Assembly (NCBI GenBank): GCA_013265495.1 | Contig: MU058781.1 | Span: forward strand, 2,954,158 to 3,018,157 | Reading direction: 5' to 3' | Length of the DNA: 64,000 bases | Source of the DNA: Vicugna vicugna | Lineage: Eukaryota | Part shown: positions 11,290 through 23,519 of the stretch, piece after piece | How the letters are laid out: the number at the start of each line of letters is the position of its first letter | How positions within the stretch are numbered: position 1 is the stretch's first letter | Position numbers and translations under genes: made by a program | Notes under the pieces: generated by a model | The model's input: the letters and a program-made list of their open reading frames with translations, nothing else | The model's database searches: none | What the model was told of the DNA's origin: nothing

Positions 11290-11491
11290 CTCTCAGGAAA
11301 AGTTATACTAGCCACCAGAAACCAAGAGTGTGCTTTCCTAGAGATGCTTCCAAATAATATGGTCTGGTATGTTCTGCTTCAGTTTGAGAGCACATCTGGC
11401 CTCTCATCTCACTTCTCTGCTAATTGTACAACTGGTAGAAGAGCCAGGCTCCAGGAGGCTTTGGCTGAGATGGGAAAGGCAGACGAACATT
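11290..11491 (-). pseudogene. candidate fossil exon (202 nt)
   Basis: Acceptor ctcccatcctcttag, donor gtagta; phase 1-2 frame with two TGA stops. Confidence 0.45.
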
Positions 11492-13390
11492 CTAAGAGGA
11501 TGGGAGCCATCCCAGACATAATCTTTCCTTTAGCTTTGAGCAAGTGTGTTCAAATTCTGCAAACTTACTTTCAATTTTAGGACACATTGTTCTTATTTTT
11601 TTCTTTTCCTTTGAGAGGTTATTTTCTTTCACATTATTTTATGATTGCATGGATAATATATGCTCATTCCAGAGAACACAGATACAAAGAGGATATTGAA
11701 AAGAACCATTGTGAACATGTTAAAATATTCCTTTCAAGGCTTTTAGCAATGCATATGCATGTGTTTAAAAATCAGAATCATAACACACATCACTGAATAT
11801 TTCCATTTCTTCTATAAACTACTCATTTGCCCAAATTTTTAAGGAACCATCCATCTTTTTCTGACTGACTTGAAAACTTACTTCTATATTAAAGATAGTA
11901 ACACCCCATACATGTACCAGTGTTGTGCCTAGTTCCTTCTTATTCTTTAAGCTCATCAATTTTTTAACTAAAAGCAATCATAATTGTTTTGGATGATAAA
12001 ACATGTCACTGTGGGAAAAAAATCAGCAATTATCAGTAAGTATAAAGAAGAAAATACTGAAAAAGAAAAGCTCACATTCATCTACACCTTGAGATAACAC
12101 TATCAATACCTGGCTTGTATCTTTCCTAATACGTGTATCTATAGGTACATAATTTCTTTTGATTGTGTTTACCTGAAAATTATCATCCATTACTTTTATT
12201 TTTGACTTAACCATGTCCTATTACTTTAAATCCATGGCTGCAAAGTTCCACATAATTGGCTTTTGGAATTTTTTTTTCTCTGAGAGACTTAATATGGCAG
12301 TTAAAACAATTTATCCTTCTAACATATTTCCCCCTTGTTATTTCTTTCTCTTTTAGTCTTTTACCAAGTGGACTGTTTCTGTCTCTTTTTCTTATACTTT
12401 ATTTTTAGATATAGCTTGTTTATGTTTTATTAGTGATCACACTTTATCTTTAAATTTATTTTTCTCTACTCTGCAAAGTCAAAAAGGAAAAAAATCTTTC
12501 AATTCCTACTGTGTAAGATGAAAAATATGAGTGTTAGTTACCTCCTCCTATCCTTGATATAATCTGGAATCTTAGAACCAAGTTATTTTTATGTAACTAC
12601 TATTCAATTAGTTATTATTAGTGTTTTAACATTATATAGATTACCTATAAAGAACTTCTGACATTTTTATTATGTTGTATGTGTGTATCTATGGAAGTTA
12701 GATTTATCTATAATATTAGTTTCAATGCTCACAAACGGACATTGCTATTCCTTGTTTCCCACACACTTTCCAGTTCTCTGTTTTGATTTCTCGCTCAGTT
12801 AGCTAGACTAACTGACAGAGACCCAAGTGCATTTTTCATCACCTTTTTGCGTAAAATACCAGTAGGGGTCTTCACTCTTTTTCGTCAGTACATGTGAGCC
12901 CTTCTCATCTACAGGCTCCAGTGCTCAGGAACATTTCCTTCTCTCTTCTTTGATCACTGCTTTGGGTTCATCAACAGCACTCTCTCCCTCTGAAATTCCA
13001 TTCTACATCAATGTGAACTCCTAATTATGTTCTGCATTGCTCACTTTTTGTTTTTCTCCTCTCCTTTTTATCTCCATACTTTCTGCCTTAATTTCAGGAA
13101 AAATTCTTGAGTTTCTCTTCTAGTTCACAAATTTTACTTTTTCAGAATGCAAGCTACTATTCATTGTAAACGTCATGGTTTTTATTAAACACTGTGTTTT
13201 TCATCTCTATGTATACCACTCTGATTTTAGAACTTCATGACTGCTTATTTTGGACTCACATATGCAAAGTCTCTTAAGGCACATTGATAACACAGTCGGA
13301 ATCGTTGAACTTTTTTTTTCCTACTGTCTCCTGTGGCAAGTCTGTTACAGAGCAAAGTGTTTGCGTTAATTCTTCAGAACTATTCTTATA

Positions 13391-13472
13391 TTAGGTTGAC
13401 GCATATAAAATTGCTAGGATCCCAGCCATTTTTAAATTTAAAAACCTGGTGATTTTATATGGTTTAACCTAA
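13391..13472. mobile_element. MADE2-like mariner MITE
   Basis: About 80 bp with inverted termini ttaggttgacgcatataaaattgc ... gtgattttatatggtttaacctaa. Confidence 0.8.
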
Positions 13473-13509
13473 AATAAATGTTTTATTTTTTCCAGGATTT
13501 ATGACTTAC

Positions 13510-14490
13510 TAAACCTTTCAGAAGCATGCTATTGCTGCCCATATGACTTAAGAGTCAAGTCAAAGTGAAGATGGGCTTGTGAGAGAGATGTTGTGTCCTT
13601 ATTACTGATTCTTCAGGTCCAGGTAAATAGGGAGAATAAGTATTTTTCTTGGGATAAATTTGCACTGTCGGTTGAGTTGTCCTGAGTACTGGGTGGTGGG
13701 GAAAATGTCAGCACCACAAGTAGTCCCAGCAGTCAATTTTGTCCATGTCGTTTCTCCGTGTGACTGCGGATGCCACACAGTAGAAAACCCCACATCTCCT
13801 TAGGAGTTCTTAGTTCCACTTCAGTAATCATGACAGACAAACCCAATGGTCAGTGTATTTTATTTTTTGCTGCTACACCTGGTTGCCAGATATGGTGACT
13901 AAAAATACAAGATGCCCAGTTAAATTTGAATAAACAACACATAATTTTGTAGTTTTAGTATGTCCTGTGCAAATTTGGGACCAACTTATACTAAAAAAGT
14001 ATGCATTGTTTATCTGAAATTCAAATTTATTTGTGTTTCGTGTATTTTATCTGGCAACCCTACTGCTCATCCCAGTCACAGTACTAAATTCTTCTCGGCA
14101 CAAAGGGGCAGTCAGAATAAATCAATTGGAGTTGACATGTGCGTTGATGTCCACTTGACATCTTATAACAGAGTGTAATTGGTGGGGTCCAAATCCTGCC
14201 AAATAGGTTGTGCTTGATTCCAACTCTTGCTTCTCTGAGTTTTGGGAGGTTTGCCAGTGTTTGTCAGGAACACTCATGACCAGAAACACTGCTCTTTTAC
14301 AGGAGAAACGGTGTGGGTCACTTTTATCAATCTGGGTCCATCTCACCACTTCTCCCATAAATTCTTCAGATGTTATGCAAAATCCATAGTGCCCTTCTAT
14401 AGTTCCCAGTGGCCATGCAGGTTTCCAATAATCATTTCCAGGGAACTTGGAGGAGAATATTAGGTAACTGTGATATAATCATTTTACCAC
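13510..14490 (-). pseudogene. large fossil exon interrupted by MER53
   Basis: Acceptor ccctgactctccacgttag, donor gtaagt at 13509; VVK*LYHSYLIFSSKFPGNDYWKPAWPLGTIEGHYGFCITSEEFMGEVVRWTQIDKSDPHRFSCKRAVFLVMSV... Confidence 0.65.
13878..14062. mobile_element. MER53 (hAT-type palindromic MITE)
   Basis: Termini ggttgccaga ... tctggcaacccta; internal aaaaatacaagatgcccagttaaatttgaa and its inverse; degenerate 8-bp TSD ctgctaca/ctgctcat. Confidence 0.9.
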
Positions 14491-14617
14491 CTAACGTGGA
14501 GAGTCAGGGTAATTTACTGGATCAGAAACAAAATGAATTATTTCACAAAGTCAGATGGACAAGTTCATGTTCTCCCATGAACTTTAGTAATCATATAAGC
14601 CCAATTGTGACACTTAC

Positions 14618-14751
14618 CCATAACATAAGGTGGTCAATATTTATATGAATGGATTGTTCTTCTGATTGTAAAAACAGAGTTTTTAGATGGGGTCATCTCA
14701 AAAGAAATGGCCCCTCGCTTCCAAGTTTGAGTGAGAAGCAATGTGCAGACA
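14618..14751 (-). pseudogene. fossil exon (134 nt, phase 1-0)
   Basis: Donor TGG|gtaagt; SAHCFSLKLGSEGPFLLR*PHLKTLFLQSEEQSIHINIDHLMLW; 127-nt intron to the next exon. Confidence 0.65.
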
Positions 14752-14856
14752 CTAAGATTTGCTAAATGAGTATTGTGAACTAGTTCCCTTTAGAGAGACA
14801 CAAATGAAACTTTGGGAATTTCACATTAAGATGATTTTTTGTTTTAATACACTGAC

Positions 14857-15141
14857 ATCAAACTTCAAACGAGATTTCTTTGAGAATAAAAATCAAGTAA
14901 TTTAAGCGGCACCTCCAAAATGACCACACGTGACCTCTTTCCTTCTCTTCATCTATTCCTCTCCATAGACGACATAAGACAGAAGAGTAACATTATGCAG
15001 CATTCAGTCTGATTTCATCATTATTAATAATCACATGCACATCAGTGCATAGCCTACTCTTGCTTAATGCATAAAGATTACAAGGAAAATATTCCTTCGG
15101 AAAATTCAATTTGTTTTCCCAACTTTCATAGACATTTCATA
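14857..15141 (-). pseudogene. fossil exon (285 nt)
   Basis: Acceptor tcttatttttctag, donor gtcagt; ...RLCTDVHVIINNDEIRLNAA*CYSSVLCRLWRGIDEEKERGHVWSFWRCRLNYLIFILKEISFEV*; probable internal frameshift. Confidence 0.55.
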
Positions 15142-16265
15142 CTAGAAAAATAAGATTTTCAGTAAGTACTGAGGCCATTGACTGTGATTATGATGTTCTA
15201 AATATAATACGAAATATCAAATTGGATCATTTTCAAGTAAAAAAGTATGCTGTTAATAATATCCTACTGTTCCTGCAGTGTAAGGTTACTTTTCTTTTTT
15301 GGTATATAAATATTCTGATTTTTTTTAATTTTAAGTTTTATGTGTAATTCAAATTCAAAGCAAAAATCAAAAGGTATAATTGGTATAAGCAAACATGAAA
15401 AAATACCTTTGATTCCAACATTATGAAATAAACTTTACCATTATGTTTGTATCCTTCTGGACTTCTAGCTGTTCATAGCTAGAAATACAAATGCAAACAT
15501 ATATACGAATACAAAAGTACAAGCAGAATAATAGACTTTATTTTAGGTGCAGTGTGCTTCAGAACTTTATTTGAATTCCTTTCTAATTTTAAAAGCCACC
15601 TAAAAAGTAGTACTGTCATTATTCTTAATTTAGAGATGAAGAATTTTGAGGACAAAAGAGTCAGCTTTCCCAAAGCCATTTCAGAAAGTGAAATGAGGGA
15701 GTCTGACTCCAAGTCCACAGTACGTTAGGTGCTGTTAATGACCTGCATTAAAATCCTAGGTAACATATCAAAATACATACATCCTTTTAATGGCTGCATA
15801 GTCATAGTATCCCATTAGATGATACAATGATCTCTACATGATGGAGTTTAGTTTGGTTTCTTCCCTCATCTTCTTTTACTTCTACAATAATGCTCTGAAG
15901 AAGATCCTTGCAATATAGCTTCATTAAATATTCTGATTACTTATTTAGGATAAATTCCCAAAAATAGAATTTGGGAGTTCACTTTAATTTTTGACATACA
16001 TTACTAAAATGCACTTCCTAAAGATTCAACCATCTATGCTCCTGCAAACAGTCCATGAAAATAACTTTTCTCTACACATGCTCCATTTAGAAAAATGATT
16101 CTTTTAAAACCTCACATTCCAAGAAACTTTGAAAGCAAAAATCTCTTTCCGTAGTCAGTCATCACTAAAGTTTCCAGAAAGCCCAACAACTTCAAAGACT
16201 ATGATATTTTGTTTGTGGATGAATGCTTCCATATAGAACTTTTCCAGTGTCCAGCTGTCCCATTA

Positions 16266-16284
16266 TGGCCAGCAGGCGGTGCTC
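16266..16284 (+). promoter_or_regulatory. candidate CTCF site
   Basis: TGGCCAGCAGGCGGTGCTC; two mismatches to the CCASYAGRKGGCRSY core. Confidence 0.45.
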
Positions 16285-16499
16285 ACAGACAGATTAGAGA
16301 GACCTCTGTGGTCACATTCCCTCTGATGCACAAGGCACCTTCCTATCATCTCACTCTTGAACAACACGTCATGGCCTGCTTACTCAAAACTGATGTCATG
16401 GTTTTCCTAATAATTTCTGAAATTCAGATTCATTGTTATTCTTCTGTCAGTGTCTTGGGAAGAGTCATGTTAGCAATGTCCAAATATTTCTCTCACTAC

Positions 16500-16872
16500 C
16501 TGGCAATAGCTCCCTAGGGCCCACTCAGGTGAGCTTTCAAGCATTCGATCTTAAACAGGTATTAGCCAACCATAACCTTCCACCTCCTTAGCTCTACGTC
16601 TTGTCTGTAAGGAGTGGTGTATGCCAAAACACCATCTAATGCTTTTTCTTTTCCATATTTCACTTTCTTAAAACTACCATTAATGTCTCATTAAGAAGGT
16701 GGCTGAAATATTTCACCTGCCTCAGGCAGGTCAAAGTTTCTGAAAGTTTTCCTTCCTCCTAGAGCCCAGTTTTTTGGGGTTTTTTTTAATGTCTTCACAT
16801 TTGGAATTATTCGACTGCCTTGTGCTTTATATAAGAATATCTCTGATTCCTCTAAAGTTTGGTTGCTGACAC
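16500..16872 (-). pseudogene. fossil exon (373 nt)
   Basis: Acceptor ttctgcttttcaag, donor gtagtg; VSNQTLEESEIFLYKAQGSRII...FDLPEAGEIFQPPS**DINGSFKKVKYGKEKALDGVLAYTTPYRQDVELRRWKVMVG*...; 4 stops in 123 codons. Confidence 0.5.
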
Positions 16873-17629
16873 CTTGAAAAGCAGAATTCAAATAGGAAGA
16901 TTGAAAAATGTGACTACACAAAATTTAAGTGTCTTAACATCCAAAATATCAGAAAAAAATTTTTGAGAAAAATATTTACAACAAATACGATTTACAAAAG
17001 GTGATGTTCTTAAGAGATAAAGAGCTCATATGTATCTATTAAAGAAATTAAGACCCTAATAGAAAAAAAGGACAGGGACCTGAATAGAATTTACAGAAGC
17101 ACAAGTAACTACAGATGTATTTTAAGATAATATTTAATTTAATAAGTTATGAAAATAACCTTTGTTCAAATTAGCAAAGAGGTATTCAGTGTTAGCAATG
17201 GTGGTTAGAATATGGCAAAGGTCAAAGTCACACCTCACACATGCCTAGTAAAAATATATAGCCATTCCAGAAAGGAATTTCACAATGTATAGCAAGAACA
17301 CTAAACATTTTTATACCCTTTGATCAGGACTATGCCTCTGGAAATTATTAGAAACTTAGTCAAAGAATTTATATGAAAAGTTCATTCTGGCATTATTTAC
17401 TCCAACAAAATATTATATACCATCAAATATCCAATAATGCAATATAACTTTAATATACATGTATTTTAATCCACATATGCAGAAAAAAGAAAGGAAGAAA
17501 ACATATTGTAATTTGATATTGTTTTCTCTGGATGTAGAGTAATAGTTTTGTTTTGGATTGGTCCTTTTTTGTTTCTCACACTTTGTATAGGGAGTTGCAT
17601 TATTTTTACAATTAAGGAAACCCCATAGA

Positions 17630-19000
17630 TTTTTTAAAAATCAACTTGATTGAAGTATAATTGCCATACTATAAAATATACATCATTTAAGTGTGGATTT
17701 CAGTGAGTTTTGGCAAATGGCATCCTAATATATATAACACCCATTACAATTGAGAGATAGAATATCTGCAGTCAATTTGCTCCATCCTCACCCCCAGCAA
17801 CCACTGGTCGGCATTCTGTCACTACCTGTCATTTTAGCCTCTTTGAAAATTTCATGTCATTTAATCATACAGTATGTAGTCTTTTGTGTTTATCTTCTTC
17901 CCTCAACGTAACATTTTTGAGATTTACACATGATGATGCATATGTCCACAGTTTGTTCCCTTTCACTGTTCAGTATTGAGTTTAAAGACACACAACACTT
18001 TATCATATCAACTAATGATGGACATTTGGGTTGTTTCCAGCCTTTGGTTATTATAAATAAGGCTTCTAATTACACTTGTGTAGAAGTCCTTCTGTGAACA
18101 TATGCTTTAGTTTTTCTTAAGGAAATGTCTTGGAATGGATTTTCTTTATAGCATTAATTAAATACTTAACTTTATTTTAAAAGACTGCCAAACTGTTCCA
18201 AAGTAGTTATACCAAGCTATTTCCCCAAGAACAATGTATGGAAGTTTCAGATGCTCAACCCCCACCAACATTTGATATTGTAAGTCTTTTTAAGGTTAGA
18301 CATCCTAATGGCAAGGAGTGGGGTCTCATTTTATTTCCCTGATTACTAATGATATTTAGTATTTGTTCGTGTGCTTATTGACCATCTGTACATCTTTTGT
18401 GAAGAGTTTGTTCAAATCTTCCTCATTTTGATCAGACGTTTGAAAACTTACTACTAAGATACAAGAGTTCTTTGTGTGTTCTAAATAAAACTCTTTCTTG
18501 TATGTGTATTGTGAATATTTTTCCCAGTTTGTTACTTGCCTTCTTAACAGAGTCTTTTGAAAAGCACTCTGGGGTTTTAGTGAAATATAATTTATTGATT
18601 TTTTTCTTTTGTGATTTATGTTTTTTATGTCATAACTAAGAAATATTTTCCTCCCACAAGGGAGGAGAATGTTACTATGCTATCTTTTAAAATTATTGTA
18701 CTTTTGGCTTTTATTTTTATACTAATTATCTATTTCTGGTTAATTTTTATTATACTGTGCACTGTAATATTATTCATATATATTTAAAATATGTATTTTG
18801 TAATATATTGTAAAGTAATTTGGAGATTTATTTTTATACAAATATCTAATTGTTCTGACATTGTTTGTTAAAAAAAAGACTATTTTCCCCCTAATGAATG
18901 ACCCTGAAATGTTTGTTGAAAATCAGCTGATTTTAAGTCTAAGAGTTCATTTCTTCATCTGCTATTCTGCTGCACTGATCTATAAGTCTATCCTTACACC
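17630..19000 (-). mobile_element. old L1M 3' region (antisense)
   Basis: gatggacatttgggttgtttccag, ctgccaaactgtt, ctgattactaatgat motifs. Confidence 0.8.
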
Positions 19001-19066
19001 AGGAATCAACAGATTTAACTTTTCTGTCATCTGTATTATGGATCCATTGTTGGACACTAAAACCAC
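18998..19066 (-). pseudogene. candidate fossil exon (69 nt)
   Basis: GGFSVQQWIHNTDDRKVKSVDSW, phase 1-1; donor gtaagg overlaps the L1 boundary; weak acceptor. Confidence 0.35.
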
Positions 19067-19489
19067 CTAATACCACGCACTTTATAATTGGAAGAAACTT
19101 CTCTTGAACCTCAGCTATTCCTCTAACTAGCAAGAAACACAGGCAGAAAACCTTAATTTCTTCACCTAATAAAATAGGTTTGTTAGTACTCACTTTCAAG
19201 GATTGTTTTGATAATTTAATGTGATGACAGCTAAAAATATCTAGAGCAGCACCTGACACAGTCGAGGAAACCAAGATAAGTTAGAGTCTCTTTAATGACC
19301 TTGGCCAGTCCTGGCCCTTACCATTGGGATTTCTAGGCCTAACTTTGCATTTCCAGTCATCTGATTTTCATTTGGATCCTGCCATTTAATTAGACCCACT
19401 GGCAAGTCATATAATTTCTCTGGATCTAAGTCTCTTCTTCTGAAACGTTGGGTCACTAATCATTTTCTATAATCACTCCCATCTCTAAC

Positions 19490-19580
19490 CATTAGGACTC
19501 CAGAGGAGGTCCTAGTATTATAAGATTTCGTGTTCTTTAGGTTGTGTCTGGGAGCATGGGGTTCAAAGCTGGATAGTTTT
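19490..19580 (-). pseudogene. candidate fossil exon (91 nt)
   Basis: Acceptor ttcatgtcctcttacag, donor gttaga. Confidence 0.4.
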
Positions 19581-19839
19581 CTGTAAGAGGACATGAATAA
19601 ACAGGTGTGCATATCATTGTCAGAACAGCACGGTCTGGAAACCACAGCACATGAGAAATGATACAGCAAACATATAATAATTAACCTGGGAAGGGGAAGA
19701 TCGAATGGATACATGACAATGAGTTTCAAAACTCTGACCATCTGTCATGTTGGAAAAGAGAACAGATTAGATTAGAGGGTAATATTAGGATCAAGCAAGG
19801 AGTATTAATGGAAAGAAAAATAGATTGTTATAATGTGCA

Positions 19840-20022
19840 CTGGTCCATACTTATGAAACAGTCTGCTTTATATCAAAGTGAACTCCCCATCACTGGAAAT
19901 GTTCAAGACAAGGTCAGATCATCATCTAACAGTGATGTTCTATAAAGGATTCTTGTAATGGGTAATGAATTTTTCTAGAGGAACTATAAAAATCATTCTA
20001 GCTCTGCAATGCTGTGATTCTA
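19840..20022 (+). mobile_element. L3/CR1-type 3' tail
   Basis: ctccccatcactggaaatgttcaag...gctgtgattcta. Confidence 0.6.
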
Positions 20023-20160
20023 TAGAAAGCTTGCAAGAACTCAGTAGTGTTGAAAACTTACATAATAAAAAATTCACAGCTTCTAAAGCCAAAATAGCCT
20101 ATGAATAGCCATCTTTATCACAAATTTAGGTATCAAAATAAAAAAAGAATCAAACTTTAC

Positions 20161-20233
20161 CTTTTTTTGTTCTCTAAGTGAAAAAACATGGTCTTCAAGA
20201 TCCTGAAGTACTGAGTGTCTTCCCCATCCTCCC
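20161..20233 (-). pseudogene. fossil exon (73 nt)
   Basis: Acceptor ttttattattctggaccag, donor AAG|gtaaag; GGWGRHSVLQDLEDHVFSLREQKK. Confidence 0.55.
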
Positions 20234-20264
20234 CTGGTCCAGAATAATAAAAATAAAAAGATAA

Positions 20265-20490
20265 TGATAACCACCATATATATAAATAGATAAAAAAAAC
20301 AAATTTCTTCTGTATAACACAAGGAACTATATTGAATACCTTGTAATAATCTTTAATGAAAAAGAATATGAAAATGAATATATGTATATATATATACATG
20401 CTTGACTGAAATATTATGCTGTACACCAGAAATTGACACATTTTAACTGATTATACTTCAATTAGAAAAATTTAAATATTAAAAAAATTA
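20265..20490 (+). mobile_element. young camelid-type L1 3' end with 16-bp TSD
   Basis: TSD aaaaataaaaagataa at 20249-20264 and 20491-20506; tgctgtacaccagaaattgacaca tail. Confidence 0.85.
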
Positions 20491-20811
20491 AAAAATAAAA
20501 AGATAAAACAGCTTGAAGAGGCATCTTTTTGCCCTGAAAACTGAATTAACTAGGTTCCACTAAAGCTGGAGGGAAATTAGGCCACAGTTATAGGAAATAA
20601 GACTACAAACAGGAACTTTCGAATACAAAGAACCACAGCATCATTATATTAGTACTCTTTAGCCTGTACATATTCATTAGCATCAAATGTATCAATTGCA
20701 CATCAAATCTCTACAGTGAAGTTTAACTTTTATCATGTTTTTTCATCATGACTATATTTTGAAATATTTTATTAACACAACTCCAAATATTAAATACCAA
20801 TTTATTATTAC

Positions 20812-21561
20812 CTGTTGCAATCATCAAAGGCTTTTGTAAACAAAAGTCAGTGCTTTTGATTGTCACGAGAAAGCCAGGTCAACCTGATTGAATTCCTCCT
20901 GCAGAGGATGTACTGTGGTAGATGAATTGCATCATGGATTCTTTACCCCTTCATGTTTCTACACCTTTTGTCAAGTGACTTTAGAGTTCCTCCTTCAAAG
21001 ATGGAGTGTTTCTCCATCCCATGTGCCTTGTTTTGACCTGTAGAATGAGTGGAAGTGACAGCGGGCTAGTTCTGAATCTGGGCCTCAAGGAGCCTCCAAG
21101 TGTCTGCTTGCTCTTGTTTTCCTGCCATCCCCATGAGAACATGCCCTGGCTAGTCTGCCAGAAGCCATGGCCAGCCTAGGTCAGTCAACCCCCAGCAGGT
21201 GAGTGAGCTCAAACAAGATCAGCAGAGTCACCTGGATAACCCAGAGCTGACCCCACATGATAAACACACATCACTGTTTCTTATAGAGCATAAAACTCCT
21301 TGTTTTGAGGGCAATAAGTAACCGAGACAATTATCTTGTGAGCTTTCTTGCACATGATGTAACATCCTTATTACACTCTTAAACACATTGAAAATAATCC
21401 CCAAAATGCTCATTTCGTTGAATACCATCAAAACCTTGGGGATTCCAGCTTATAAACAGCTTTCTTCCATATGTGTAAATATAACCACTGTTACAGATAT
21501 GCAGCCCAATCAGTCAGGTCCATAAGACACAAAGCAGGGATGGCTGCCTTCAAATGCTGTC
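20812..21561 (-). pseudogene. fossil exon apparently split by an MLT1 LTR
   Basis: Donor CAG|gtaata at 20811; ...KVLMVFNEMSILGIIFNVFKSVIRMLHHVQESSQDN [LTR] ILCRRNSIRLTWLSRDNQKH*LLFTKAFDDCNR; phase matches exon 20161-20233. Confidence 0.45.
20914..21329 (+). mobile_element. MLT1 (ERVL-MaLR) solo LTR
   Basis: TGTGGTAG start, gcaataagtaaccgagaCA end; internal catgagaacatgccctggctag and caagatcagcagag motifs. Confidence 0.8.
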
Positions 21562-21997
21562 CTGCTTAATTTTAGACTCAAAACTCAATTTCTAAGTGAA
21601 ATACACACAGTCAATAAACTTGGATTCAATACAGATGTGTGTAAGTATATGTATATATATGTGTACATGCTTTTATTTTAGATATCCATTTTTAAAGCCC
21701 TTGAAATATTTTTAACAGGATCATATACCAGTCCAGAAAGAAAACTTTTAAAAATTCCAAGAAATAACAATTATACAGACTACTTTCTCCTATCTCATTA
21801 CATTAGTACCAGAAATGTATGAAAAGCTGAAACCGAAAGCATCAAATTAACCTTTCCTAAAGTATTTTCATGTCAAACAGAAAATAATTCTCAAAACTTG
21901 TTAGTTAACTAGGAATAACAGTATATTTTCTAAACATAATAAAGAATTTAGTCTAAAACCAGAAACCACATCAACACTTGATGAAATACTTGATTTA

Positions 21998-23519
21998 AAA
22001 AGGGATCCAAATTGGAAAAGAAGAGGTAAAAGTGTCACTATATGCCGACGACATGTTACTATATAGAACACCCAAAAAGGTCCACACAAGAACTACGAGA
22101 GCTGATTGAAGAATTCAGCAAGGTAAGCAAGTTACAAGATTAACGTTCAAAAATCAGTTGCATTTCTTTACACTACGATGAATCAACAGAAAAAGAAAGT
22201 AAAGAAACAATCCCCTTTAAAATAGCACCCAAAGTAATAAAATATCTGGGAATAAATCTAACCAAGGAGGCGAAAGAATTATACACAGAAAACTATAAAC
22301 CATTGATGAAGGAAATTAAAGAAGACTTTAAAAAATGGAAAGATATCCCATGCTCTTGGATTAGAAGAATCAATATTGTTAAAATGGTCACACTGCCCAA
22401 GGCAAACTACAGATTTAATGCAATCCCTATCAAATTACCCAGGACATATTTCACAGAACTAGAACAAATCATAATAAAATTCACATGGAACCATCAAAGA
22501 CCTAGAATTGCCAAAGCATTACTGAAGAGAAAGAAAAAGGCTGAAGGAATAACTCTCCCAGACTTCAGANNNNNNNNNNNNNNNNNNNNNNNNNNNNNNN
22601 NNNNNNNNNNNNNNNNNNNNNNNNNNNNNNNNNNNNNNNNNNNNNNNNNNNNNNNNNNNNNNNNNNNNNNNNNNNNNNNNNNNNNNNNNNNNNNNNNNNN
22701 NNNNNNNNNNNNNNNNNNNNNNNNNNNNNNNNNNNNNNNNNNNNNNNNNNNNNNNNNNNNNNNNNNNNNNNNNNNNNNNNNNNNNNNNNNNNNNNNNNNN
22801 NNNNNNNNNNNNNNNNNNNNNNNNNNNNNNNNNNNNNNNNNNNNNNNNNNNNNNNNNNNNNNNNNNNNNNNNNNNNNNNNNNNNNNNNNNNNNNNNNNNN
22901 NNNNNNNNNNNNNNNNNNNNNNNNNNNNNNNNNNNNNNNNNNNNNNNNNNNNNNNNNNNNNNNNNNNNNNNNNNNNNNNNNNNNNNNNNNNNNNNNNNNN
23001 NNNNNNNNNNNNNNNNNNNNNNNNNNNNNNNNNNNNNNNNNNNNNNNNNNNNNNNNNNNNNNNNNNNNNNNNNNNNNACAACATAACGCCATTTGCAGCA
23101 ACAATGGATGCTCCTGGAGAATGTCATTCTAAGCGAAGTAAGCCAGAAAGAGAAAGACAAATACCATATGAGATCACTCATATGTGGAATCTAAAAAACA
23201 AAAACAAAAACAAACAAACAAAAAACAAAGCGTAAATACAAAACAGAAATAGACTCATAGACATAGAATACAAACTTGTGGTTGCCAAGGGGGTGGAGGG
23301 TGGGAAGGGATAGACTGGGATTTCAAAATTGTAGAATAGATAAACAAGATTATACTGTATAGCATAGGGAAATACACACAAAATCTTACGGTAGCTCACA
23401 GAGAAAAAAATGTGACAATGAATATATATATGTTCATGTATAACTGAAAAATTGTGCTGAACACTGGAATTTGACACAACATTGTAAAATGATTATAAAT
23501 CAGTAAAAAATGTTTAAAA
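21998..23519 (+). mobile_element. young 5'-truncated L1 (ORF2 C-terminal part plus 3' UTR) spanning the assembly gap
   Basis: [36 protein letters not shown] is L1 ORF2; 14-bp TSD aaatacttgattta at 21984-21997 and 23520-23533. Confidence 0.95.
22570..23077. other. assembly gap (508 N)
   Basis: Run of N. Confidence 1.

Noticed and set aside
22303..23235. 310-aa ORF and overlapping reverse ORFs
   Set aside because: Length is inflated by the N gap; the real part is a truncated L1 ORF2 fragment.
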